Assembly (NCBI GenBank): GCA_036172245.1
Contig: JAYWIR010000016.1
Location: 2,356,001-2,420,000, forward strand
Origin: Raillietiella orientalis
Taxonomy: Eukaryota
DNA length: 64,000 nt
Direction of reading: 5' to 3'
The notes beneath the pieces were generated by a model. The model saw nothing but the letters and a program-made list of their open reading frames with translations, had not been told where the DNA came from and did no database searches. Position 1 is the first letter of the stretch; each line of letters opens with the position of its first letter. Shown piece by piece: positions 1-11,500 of the stretch. The translations under genes were made by a program, and so were the position numbers.

Positions 1-164
1 ATCGTTCACTCTCAAAAGCATTTCAATTGCATGAATGATGATGATGCTTCAGTGCAATAGGTGCACAGTTCTGTACAATTAGGGAGAAGCCACTGGATTC
101 GAAAGATTTGAGATTGCTTCCCGTATTTTGAAATCCAGCCATGAGAAAATCGAATTCTTAGCCA

Positions 165-380
165 TATTTTATTTAACTCATCATCATCCAGCATTAAATA
201 TCAATTTTTAATTAATTTCACTCTGATACAAAACTAAACATATACTTCTAGTACTCCCATAGTCAAATTCAACCATATTTCCTTGCACATAGCAATCATT
301 TTATTTAACTCATCAGCATCCAGCATTAAATATCAATTTCACTCTAATACAAAACAGAACACATATTACTAGGACTTCTA
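165..380. repeat. Imperfect tandem duplication (~90 bp aligned, ~130 bp spacing)
   Basis: TTTTATTTAACTCATCA(T/G)CATCCAGCATTAAATATCAATTT...CACTCT(G/A)ATACAAA occurs at ~167-260 and again at ~299-380. Confidence 0.8.
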
Positions 381-473
381 AATCATTAACTTACAGCCAA
401 CCTAAACAATTCATTTCACACGAAAGTACCACCAGCACACATGGGATGATAGCCCAAGCCACCAGATAGGTCG

Positions 474-504
474 CGTACCAGATATTAAGCTGATAAGAAC
501 AGAT
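474..504 (-). pseudogene. U2 snRNA internal fragment (U2 nt ~38-68, stem IIa)
   Basis: Minus strand reads ATCTGTTCTTATCAGCTTAATATCTGGTACG, 29/31 identical to the recalled human U2 sequence ATCTGTTCTTATCAGTTTAATATCTGATACG. No U2 5' end precedes it (AATAGA instead) and no clear Sm site follows. Confidence 0.85.
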
Positions 505-989
505 TCTATTGAATTCACAGAACGGTACATGAAATTTAATGCCGCTCGTCCTACATCCTTATTAGTTGCCTGATTTTGTCATTCGCACCACTACAAAGAT
601 GTAATTTGGGAAATCTGTGGCGAATGTGTGATGCGGAATGAGTTCAGACTCAAAGAACTTGAATTCCACACAGCATAAAAAATAAAATCATGGAAGAACG
701 TTGGTTGAAGCAAGCAGAAATAGGTGAATGATGAACCAAATTGGGAACGATGTTGAAAACAACATGGACATTCTCTATGGTAAATAATGAAATCTTGGAA
801 TCTAGAAAGGAGGAAACCTAACACGCTACAGTCATTTTTCGTCTGGATGCCCTGATCCATGGTTGTGCTCAATGAATGTTGCGATTTCCATGACGAGTAA
901 CCCTTTTGTAAGTAAGTGATCTGCTGTATCTTTGAGTATATATTCTGCATTCTATGAATTGAATTGAACGCTCTTTATTTTGAGACATT

Positions 990-1607
990 TTGCATTTTTT
1001 TTTCTTTTGGTTCTCAAAGAGTGCTGAAAAACCGTTCGCCTCCTTAAGAGGGGAATTCACGAAGCTCTTTAACACTGTCTCATGCCACCCGAGGGTGCAT
1101 GTTATCTTCACGTCAGAGTACCCTGGGAAGGTACCTCCCTATGAATCCAAGAGGCTCTGGAGAAAGGAGTTCTTTCTTCTTACTTTTGGGAGGAAACCCG
1201 TAAGGGAACCCTCGCCCGAGCTGTCTCCGAAGGGAATCCCGAATGGAACCGTTCCCTCGTTCTCTCCAGATGGGTCCGCCGGAGGGGGTCCACTCATTTT
1301 CTTTCCGAAGGGAACTCTCAAAGGGATCGCTTCTTGTTTTTATTCCTGTGAAGGGAACCCCAAAGGACGCTTCCAAATTTCTCTAAAGGGCCGCTCCCCG
1401 AAGGGAGCAGCGCGCTTCTTGACACACTGGATCTCCATCCAGTCTTGGGGGTCTTCTCCCCTAAGGAGGAGGATGGCTCCATTTTCAAAACCGGAGGGGA
1501 ACCCTGAAGGGAACCGACTCCTTGATTCTTGGAAGCATCCCCGAGGATCGACTTCCGATCCCGGCCAGTTCATGGAAGCATCCGGTTCCCACCAGTGCCG
1601 CATCCGA
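990..1607 (-). mobile_element. 3' body of a tRNA-derived SINE-like element, interrupted at ~1607 by an L1/Tx1-like insertion
   Basis: Colinear with the copies at 18160-18997, 41600-42255 and 60680-61357: internal GAAGGGAAYCC-rich repeats and a shared A-rich tail. Confidence 0.7.
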
Positions 1608-4600
1608 CGCTGCACGGACGTGTCTTTCGTTCGCTCCGCGCCCGGTGTGTCGACTTCTTTTTCCTAAGTGGTTTGTGTGGATTCGGTGGTGACGAAGGAA
1701 GCAATGCCTGACACCACCACCAACGAAGGCAGGGGAAAGACGCCCTCATCTCCCCCAGAGGCTATGAAGGTGGAGACGTGCGCCCCCACAGAATCGTCCC
1801 TTGAGCCAGCGAGGGCTTGGAATGCGTGACTGCGGCCCTGTCGCCGGCAGCCTGGCCGAACAGAAGGCCTGCATTGAGGAGGGCTACAACTAGTCCTCTT
1901 CTACAAGGTACTCCTCTACACTTATATAGTCCGGAGAGCGCGGCCGCCTTGTCGAAGGCGATGTACGCTCACAGCGTACAACAAGAGCTTCGTGCGATGA
2001 CCGTCCGGAGCGGAGATCAATACGCTGAGGTGGTCTGCAAGCAAGCAGACCTTACCCAACGATTGCTGAGGACCCCCCTTTCTGTGGGAAGCTGGAGGCT
2101 CTTTCCGATCACGGTGAACCGCTCGATGGTGGTCCACCATCTTGGGATAACGTTACGGATGACCAAGGAGTCCGTCCACAAGGAACTCAACAAATATGGA
2201 ACGGTCCACGAGCTGTAGGCGAAGCCCTCTCCCTTCGTGGAGCATAGCGGGCTTTCGGGTGGCCTCGCGGCTGCTCCGATCACCATAGGCGAGGGCTGTG
2301 GGTTGCCCCACAAAATACAGGTCGCCGGGAAACCGGTATACCTGTGGTACGTGAAGAAACCCAAGTACTGCTTCCATTACGAGTGCTCGGGCACTCCAAA
2401 AAGAGGTGCCCGAATGTGCAGTGCCAGGAGTGCCAAGCCCCGTGGCACACCAGTACGGTGTGTCCTCAAAGTACTGTCCGCATCGCGTCTGCCAAAAATG
2501 GCAAAAAGCGCGAGGTTAAAAAATTATAAAAATTTCAGCGAAAGCCGCCGCACAAACTGCTACCTTCGTGCCACTAGCTAAGGCTGTCCTATCGACCTCA
2601 GCCGAAAGTGCTTAAAATGTTGAGAGGGACAGCCAGGAAGGTTGGCAGGTAGTCAGGTATAAAAAAGCCTGAAAAAGGCTGAAAACAAAGAAAAAGCGAT
2701 CACGAAAAAACAAAGAGCTGCCGTGTAGTCGTAGAACGCGTTCTCGCGATCGACCAGCGCGGAGCTGCTGAACTCGTCCTTGCCACGCCACCCCTCGAGA
2801 AAGTTAGCGAGGAGGGGAGCGAGGAGGCGGCGTCCCTCGGAAACGACGTCGAGCGAAAGGAGAAGGAGCTCGCTGCCACGCTGCAGCGACCCTCCAAGGC
2901 CGCGAAAAAGGCCCTGAGGCACCCGGCCTCTACCAAGGGGTCCGAGACCTCGGACTGCGAGGCGGAAGCCAGAAAGGCAACTTCCGCCGCCGCTGAACCC
3001 CGCCGGAAGTCTGGGAGAAATTCCAAGACCATGCGGAGGCACATCGCCCCCGTCGAAGGGGAACAGATCGTCTCCGGAAGCAAAGGTGCACGAGCGTAGC
3101 AATTCGGGACTCATTGCCCGAAGTAGTACCGCGCTCCGAGGCGAATGGGATGAAGGGGGTGGAGGCTGGAAGGGTCTGGTGGTGAACAAGGCGAAGTCGT
3201 CTGTAGTTCCCGTTGGTGCGGCGTGGGCAGGGTGGCTGGGCTGGATCCGACTGAGGATCCCCTCGGGCCGGTACTTAAAGTACCTGGGCGTTCCACTGGG
3301 GAACTTTTGCCCCTCAGAAGCCTGGTCCGAGCGTCTTCAGAAAGCACTGCAGGCGCTCGGCCCGTTCCAATGAGGCAGGTTCTCCCTGCCGAAGCGGGAC
3401 GTGGTGTGGAACGCCTTCCTGGCCCCCTTCCTCCGTCCCCTACTTTTTGTTTGCCCCCCGCCATGCAGCATTAGGGAGCGGACGATGGACCTCCTCCGTA
3501 TCGCCCTCTGGGGCAAAGGGAGACACCGAGTCCCCCTTAAGGACTTGTGGGCTCCACGCCGGACGGCGGTCTAGATCTCTTCCTGATGCTGGAACAAATG
3601 GAACTGCAGCTCCAGTTTCGAACACTTGCCCTCGCGGAAAAGCTCTGGAGCACCACCTGCTGCCAACCTGCACGTCTTCTCTTCCAGCAAGCCACCGACA
3701 GCGTGGGGCTCGCGTCCTTCCTTGCGTGCCCTCCACGCAGCCTCATCCACTGCGGACTGCGCCTTCGGCAGGTGGCCACGCTGGCCACGAACAACGGATG
3801 GATCTCGTGCCGCCCCGCGAACGGTAGTGCCCGGTTGAAGGGAACCGTTCGCACGTGGACGAGGATCCAGGAGCCAAGCGCGAACAGGTGCGACGTTTCG
3901 TGTACGCGCTCAACAACAACTGCACGCTCCGGGAGATCCTGGGAGATCCCGCGAAGAGCGAATGGGCAAGAAAAACCTCGCTTTCCGCTGCGCCGCCCTC
4001 CCTTAGGGAATCGTGAACACGGCTAGGTGGGAGGTTATTGTGGAAATCTCCGGAAGGAGAAGAGGACTGGACAGGTGGATGACAGGTCAGCCCACCGACG
4101 CTGCATCCCCGATTGCTCGACCTGGGACCTTTGCTCTGGGGCGTGCTACTGGCTATTCCGGAAGAAGACCTGCAGTGATCCCCGGTGCTCATAAACACCC
4201 GTGCCCTCCCCTTGGAGTGGTAGGAGTCGGCGTTGATGTTGCTGCACTGGGTCTCCCGTGCAACGCTCGCCGGCATCATTGGCCATGCGGGGGAGAGAGC
4301 CGACTCGAACTGTGCCAGGCGCGGGGAGCGGGAATCCCTCCTGCACCTCCTAGTGGAATGTGATCCCCTGTCCCTTGAAGACGCTTTGCCGCGACCATTG
4401 GAACCCCTGGTGGCAATGCCAGAGATGTTGTGAAGCATCTCTTCCTGAGCGACGCCCCCAAGCCGGCCGCATCCCTAGCAGCACTTTGCTGCCTACGAGG
4501 CGGGAGCGTGGCTGCATGGAGCCATGCCAGAAGAGGCCAGAAAGACTGGAGCGGCAACTATATTGCTATCCTCTTCATGAGGAATGCGTCAAGATGGGAA

Positions 4601-4882
4601 CCATAAAACAGGAACTTGCAAGGATGCAGACGATTCCCTCCAGCACACAGATTCCCTTCCCTTCCCAAACCCTCCCATTTTTTGACTATGTTTTTTGTTT
4701 TCCTTTTTTCTTTTTGTTTGTCTCCCCTTCCCCTGTGCTGCCGAGGTGACCCCGCTGGCCTGCGTACCAGATCCTTGCAGGTTCTTTTTCGATTTCATAA
4801 GTTACGGGGAAGGATCAAACGTGCTGCCACAGACATTTATGTTTATTTCTTATAAATAAAGGACCCGGTGTGACCGGGTGCC
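1608..4882 (+). mobile_element. L1/Tx1-clade non-LTR retrotransposon, internally deleted and frameshifted
   Basis: ORF1 remnant from ATG ~1704 with two CCHC-type knuckles (CFHYECSGH.KKRC; CQECQAPWHTSTVC, ~2370-2465). RT C-terminal motifs GLVVNKAKS and YLKYLGVPLG (~3170-3300). C-terminal zinc motif CARRGERESLLHLLVEC (~4310-4360). T-rich 3' UTR, AATAAA at 4855-4860. Confidence 0.9.
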
Positions 4883-5060
4883 AACCAGTGCCACCTCACC
4901 CGAAGTCTTGTAGGCCAACCAGCGTCATCTTGCGGGTAGGAACTCGAAATCCACGACTCACCTATTCCTTGGCGAAGATCGGATCCCATGGGGATTCGAA
5001 CCCGCAACGCTTGATGCCACGCGCGGAGACCGCCGTGGCCACACGGCCGCGAGCGCGGGC
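4883..5060 (-). mobile_element. 5' part (tRNA-like head) of the SINE-like element
   Basis: Minus strand: GGCC-GTGTGGCCACGGC-GGTC (D-arm/A-box-like), GCGGGTTCGAATCCC (B box), then the family-conserved block GCAAGATGACGCTGGTTGGCC. Confidence 0.8.
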
Positions 5061-5499
5061 TTGTAGCATTCTGAGGCACGTTGCGCTGTTACGCTTGGTT
5101 TGCACGGTTTATGCCCAGAGGAGAGCTTTGAGTTGTTATTATCATCCACTCTGCATTGAGCTTTTTTTGCTGCACCTTGGCTTCCAAATAAAATCTTCAG
5201 TTCTAGATTCTATTTAGCTGCACGTGCATTTTCATTTTCGGAAACAAAAGACGAGAACGATGTCGAAATCTTTTCAGACCAATGTGATTCCTGCATATTC
5301 CCCTTTCTGGAACTTGATATGTAATTTTGTAGACTCATTGCCGAGTGCACGTGGAATTTTTTTCCCTCTTTTGCGTCTTAAGCAAAAGGAAGGAAAATCC
5401 AATTCTGTCAGGAGGAAGTACAGATTTTGTTCATGGGTAGATGCACCTCATTACCGCGCTTCTGACGTCTGAGTGGATTCATTCCAGCACCCCCTAATT

Positions 5500-6490
5500 C
5501 TCTCAACTGCTCGTGCTCACTACAGATTTTTCATCTAGATAAATGAATTTCCAAGTACCTCGTGTTACTGTCCATAGTAGTGTAGTGTCCATAGTTGGAT
5601 GGCTTTGTTGCTGGGCTTCGTATTCTTTTCGTAAACTAACAAATCCTTTGGCTGTTTTTTTTCTTCGAGATAGTGAACAGAATCTATCGTAACTGCGCGT
5701 ATTTTTACTCAACAACTGCTCAGCGAAATATCTGGAAACTACTGTTTGAACTAAGAGCAACTTCCCTTCTTGGGACTTTTGCAGGGTTTGCCCTTGCATT
5801 TTGGCTGCAAACTTTGCTGAATCCTCCATCATGCCGGAGGACGTCGACCGAAGTGTTGCTCACTTAGAAATCATAAAACTGCATAATGATGTGAGCTGCT
5901 TCTTATCTTCTGGATACCTTACATTCACTCCCACCGCATCGATAATCCAGGAAGATGACTGCTGTACGGATCCTCGTCTTCTCGTCGAATGGAGAGATTG
6001 CTCAGGAATGCCGTGTCTTTGTTGCAGTGGGATGCTGTAAGGGTTTCCTTTACTCGAGCTTCTCGTCTGGATTCACGGAATTTTCCCACTTCTGCTACAT
6101 CGTGCGGCTTGCTGATCCACAGCCAGCCCTCACCGGGAAGTCTGATATGCACAGTCATGTGTGGATCCATAAGTTGAAGTCTAGCAATCTCACCTTCTGC
6201 ATCCTTGAGATCTTCTCTGACGTGAGCTGAATTCAATTTGTTATTGCTGATCTCTGAGGTCAGACTGCTCAAAGCTAGTGCGATGAGGAGGGAGAGATTT
6301 TAAGGCTGTGAGATGGGTGCAAAACGATTTCTTGGACTGCTTCCAAGAATTCTTCTGTGGTTCTTCTGTGGTTTTCCCCCTATCACCATCTCATTTGACA
6401 GCAGGCTTCTCCTAACCCAGCATCCATCAGGTTGGTAACATTGCTTGCGGCTTCCAACTCCATCGCCATCATCGCACTCATCCATCATGA
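5500..6490 (-). mobile_element. Decayed non-LTR ORF1-like remnant
   Basis: Broken minus-strand ORFs with SPRNRFAPIS, resembling the NRFAPL motif common in non-LTR ORF1 proteins; adjacent to an L1-like 3' fragment. Confidence 0.35.
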
Positions 6491-6549
6491 TGCATGTATC
6501 GGCTTGAACAGTGTTGTCTTGTCCAAGGCGGTTTACATCTCAGAGGGGA

Positions 6550-7300
6550 AGAAAATGTTTTTTCAGGGAGGGGAGGGCATGGAAGGGATCACTGCTGACC
6601 TCGATTGGTTTTCTGAATCCTGTTCAGGATTCCGACAAGTGCTGTTCTATTATTATTCCGATGGGGCCATCTTGATGCGGTATCCAGAAGGATCGTCGTC
6701 CAGTGGTTGGTGTTCCTGCTATTTTGCCTTCTCTTGGCGTTCCACCTCGCCCGATTCCGCGAACACAGCGGAGAAGTGCTAGAGACGAGGCGTGGGGCAA
6801 GGCATCACGCATGAAGAGGCTCCAGAAAATGCCTTTAGGGTCGCTTAGTGGGATATTCAGGATCGACGAGAGTCGATCCCAAAGTTCACGGAGGGCGACA
6901 CAGTCTATTAAGAGATGCGGGAAGGTTTCCCTTTCGCCGCATTCTGCACAATGGGCATCCGCGCTCCCAAGTGTCCAGTGAGAGAGGCGTACTCTGCCTT
7001 GGAGTCCCCAATGCAAGAATAGCAACGCCATCTCCTGCCACTTCCGGGGGAGGGTGCCACCGTTTCAACACGCTGGAGGCCACTCCACCTCCTTCGGAGG
7101 TATTGCGAGCAGCTCGCCCCAGCGTGCAAGTCCTTTGGGTGGTACACTCAGTGCCGCAGCGTATCCGCTAGCTGCCGAGTTGTCCACGCCTTCAAGAAGC
7201 CTCTGATGAGGCAGGTCACTTCCCACGTTGCCGGATCGTTGCTGCCCTCAGCGTTCCCAAGAGCTTCCTCCTACACTGCTGTTAGTGCTGATTCCCCACT
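6550..7300 (-). mobile_element. 3' fragment of an L1/Tx1-like ORF2 (diverged subfamily)
   Basis: ORF 6624-7031 has LHWG...CAECGERETFPHLLIDC...LFMRDALPHASSLALLRCVRGI, homologous to 4233-4520. Confidence 0.85.
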
Positions 7301-8329
7301 GTTAGTCGCCTCTGGATGATACCGATCTATTTTCTCTGCATGCTCTGAGTGAACGCAGAGAAAATAGATCGGCGGATGCACCTATTCTTCGCTTCCTCCA
7401 GTGCCAACCGTCCACTAATCAGCAAGGCGAAATGCTCAGAAGTTCAAAAAGGAAGTCAGAATTTTCCTTTGACAGAGGGGGTGCGTGTCCAGGGCCTTCG
7501 CAGCAGCAGTCATTTCTCAAGGATCGCGCTTGCCATTTTTCCACAATCCTCCCCTACTAAGACTGAAGCTTGAAAGAGGCATCCGAGAGCTCACCGAAGA
7601 GAATGTTTGGATTGCTCGCAAAGCAACAGAATATCCATATGTGCACAATTCATCTGTGATCGCTTCGCGATCGAGAGTACTGCATTTTATATGTAAGTAA
7701 TGTACGTAATTCGGATGCACTAACGAGGCCTTCTTGGACACAGTGGTTAGTTAGACGCGCGAGTTTTCCATCTATTGCGTGGCGCTACGAGAACTCCGTG
7801 TCGGCTTCGACGAAACGTGGAAGTCGTTTGATATTTTTCGTTCTGGGATGATGCTGAAAATTTTGCAAGCATGAAGCTAATAACACATGGATTCATTGGA
7901 GTCGTCACAAAGTTTTCCGTTCACGTAACTGAGCTCTTAAGGTGTCATTCGTAGTCACATGCAATTGAGTAAGGCGTTCAAAAATGTGCAATTACCTTTA
8001 TGATTTCATTGTGAAAAAGCAGTGAGCTTGCTGAATTCACCCAAATTTAACCGAAGGTGTTGAATTGCTGTGTGCACTTTCATTGGTTATTTGCTTAACA
8101 TTAGTCTTCTGTTTTTGTTTTTTTTTTTCCTCTCTTCCAGAACTGAATTCAAAGATTCAGGTTTATCCAACAGCTCTGTCGGGAACTGGCGCACTTTCTG
8201 ATGCACAGCATCGTCTTGTCAGGAATTTTCGTCAGCGTCATTAAAAATGAGAACCGAGCTCCTTCCAGACCATTCTGAGACGTTTAGTGGACGAGATTTG
8301 ATTTCTGCTTGAGGGGAAGACCGGCACCA

Positions 8330-8560
8330 ACGGTAAGCAACTTTCATCAAACGTCCGGCGAACATTCTGGGTTCCCGTGGACGATCCTACGGGATGCTGG
8401 TGAGCTTCACCATCAGCTCGAGACCTCCGAAATCATCTGAAGGGATTGAATCCGAGCTCATGCCCAAGATATGTAGATATACATTTATGGAAAAGAGGCT
8501 CCATTAGGCTTTAGTCATCGGAAGCCTCAGGGCTGCAACATTTTTTAACTACATGATGAG
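8330..8560 (+). mobile_element. Possible highly decayed restriction-like endonuclease (RLE) remnant
   Basis: ALVIGSLRA at ~8508-8534 resembles ALIVGSLDAW in the RLE at 58.2 kb; the rest is heavily degenerate. Confidence 0.3.
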
Positions 8561-11500
8561 TATTGGAAAACTGTAAAGAAATGCCGAAACATCGAGTAGC
8601 TGTTTGATGCACCAATAACTAACCAACAGATCTCGGAAGGATGATTGATGGGCACATCGTGTTTCAAGTACGCCTCCCCATACACAGCGCAATTCCTGCA
8701 TTCCTGTTGCAGCCATCAGCCATAGTAGCAATGTATTTCCTCACACTAGGTGCATGGCTTATCGCCTGAGGACGTGAGTCCCAACCTGTTTTCGTGGTTC
8801 AGATCAAAGCTGCACAGCCATGCCCATGGATGGCAGCGAAAACACATATTCATCATGCAGCACGTTTAGTGAGTTTTATCTCCAGCTGAGAATAAAGGAA
8901 CCTTTACATTACTACGTTCAACTTATTTATATTCTATTGCATCATTGCTTTTACGGAGCATTCATCCGCACTCTTCCGTTTCATGAAGAGTTTTCTTCAG
9001 AGTCCGCGCTTACTCCACTTTGCTATTAGATGATGCTAGACTTCAAAATGAGCAGGTGCTTTCGATTCGTAATCACTTGCTCAAGCTCGATTGGCAAGTG
9101 TGCAAATTCGAGAATCCAGAATTACCAGAGTCGATCTTTGAGCTAGTATGCAAATTATAAATGGTGAAAAAAACTTGATTCACTGTTGAGCCTTCATCAG
9201 TTTCCCTGTGTACCACTTCTATCCAAGCTAGCGGCTTATCAGAAAAAAAAAAAAAAAAAAACGAAGACAACGAATGGTTCGAAATTGAAATCTGGAAAAC
9301 AAAGCCCTATTTGCATTTTGCAATTGCGACACATCCCCATTCACAGAGGGCACAGGTACAATTTGCAAATTGTTTCTTGAGCTTGTTTCAGCTTGTGGAG
9401 ATCAACTGTGACGTTTCACTTCCATATTTCTTTTATTGTCATCGAACTTTCACTTCCAGGACATACCAATTCTGGGTAGCTCTATGCATGTAGACACACC
9501 TTCGAGGATGGGACGAAGGCCAAGATGCAACGATGAAAGTATGAGGTGCAGTTAATAATAAATATAATAAGGATGCTAAATATAATAACGGTGACATTCA
9601 TAATGAATTCTCATATTCACATTCAGACTTTTGAGCCTTGTTTCAAACATGGGATCATTAGGATGAAGAAAACAAATGGAAAAAGGCTGTTCATTCACTT
9701 CCCGGTTACACGAAACCGACTCCAGATTGTACACGGTTTCCCGGTTCTATAATTTGTAAAAGAGCTTTTAGGAACTAGGAAAGAGAATCTCGTTTGACGA
9801 GATATCCAGCATGAGGATTAAAATGTGTTTAAAAGGTAAAGATGCAAACAATATTTCCAATTCTCTAATCGAAGTAAGTTTTCAATATTGTCCAGCTGGT
9901 GGACTATATCTACCGGTTTTTCTGTTAAAACAATTCTTGCTACTTGGCACCAAATCATGAATGCTTGGGAAAATCTACCTGCTTTAATGGACAGTAATGC
10001 AATTTCCTGTAGTATATGTATTAATATTAATGCCTATAATTATGTTTCTTTTTCAATCTAATGCGTATTATATGCGCAGCATGAATACCTGATTTCAAGG
10101 AGACATAAAATAACATTTGCGGAACACATGCTCCGTGTTTAGCTTTCTCAAAAACAGAATTTCTTTTTAAAAATTTCAACAAAACTTCTTCTGGATAAAG
10201 GAATACAGAATTGAGTTCTTTATGCTTTGGTGCTTTCCTTTACGCAGTTTTGAAGCAGTTTTGTGCTTTACTCAGTGCCGTCATACATCCAATACTTTGT
10301 GGAGTAATTGCTTACGAATTTGCTCTCGAAGAGAACACTTTGGAAAAATGGCACGATGCTTTTCTGTGCCTTTTTTCGTTACTTACCTTTCATTATTCTA
10401 AGCCTTATTGGGAATTTTCTAAAACCAATTCTAAATCGTGTTATTTTACTGTGGAGAGTTATTGAAAGCAAGGCAAGTTGTACAACGAACCCATGGGAAT
10501 CGCATTCGCTGCTGGTACATGCTGGGATGCTTACTGGGACTCAATGTGCGGATCAATTTCAGTTGATGAAATTACCCAAGCACCAAAGAAAATATTAAGA
10601 ATCTAATAGATTTAAAACAGTTTGCTTTGAATTTTGCCAGAGCAGTCTTACTAAAGAATCAGTCATGAAGGAATCTTAGAGTGCTAATGGAGAAATCCAT
10701 TACCAGGATTAAAAAGAAAAGCATTACATCAAGTAATTTATCATCCTTTAATCGCAAAGTCCTTAGAATGCTTGGGGAAAATGTGGGAGCTAGAGTGGTA
10801 TGCTCAAAACGGTCTCATTTATCCTTCCACATCCAGTAAGATGAAAAATCAGTCGCCATATTTTTGGTTGTGTTGTTGTACATTGCTTTCTTCGTTTGAA
10901 TTTCTGGAAATAAGAAGCATCGGTTTACCTCTATTCTTTAGTAACTCGTACATGTGTCGATGTGTACTAGTCCCTCTCTTTTTATATTAATATTCATAAA
11001 AAAGGAAACCAATTCATGCATTCTACAAATCATACTTAAAGATCTTCATCTTTAAGTACTTATTTTATTTAAGTTACGTTAGGATATGCTTCCTGATCTA
11101 TATCAACTCTATTGATTGTAAAGGCTAGAAAAAATGTAAATGTTTCTCTTTTGTGTCTTGTTCATATCCACACAGATGTACACCCAAAGATACAATCAGG
11201 TTTTACGCCATATTTATTTCAAATGAAGGCAGACTAAGTTTAAAAAGCTTCACTTTTATGAGTCCATCCTTAATACGTTTCTAATCTGAATCCTTCCAGT
11301 TTTGAAGATTGCAAGAGTGTACATAGCATAATCCACATGATGACCATGCAGAGTTCATTGTATGATGAGTTCAAAAAGGCACTACATTAGGGATGAATTT
11401 TGATCGTTGCGAGCTATTAATTTATTTTTTAAATCATTCGAGTTTCATTTTAATGCCTAATGTACAGATGCAAACGAGTGAATAAGTGCATTTTTAAACT

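Noticed and set aside
1200..1530. CRISPR-like array from recurring GAAGGGAAC units
   Set aside because: Eukaryotic context, degenerate repeats of irregular spacing, no unique spacers or cas genes.
990..1667. 225-aa ORF and the similar 223-aa ORF at 60715-61386
   Set aside because: Stop-poor antisense translations of the SINE internal repeats (PKG/EG repeats); not conserved in frame across copies.
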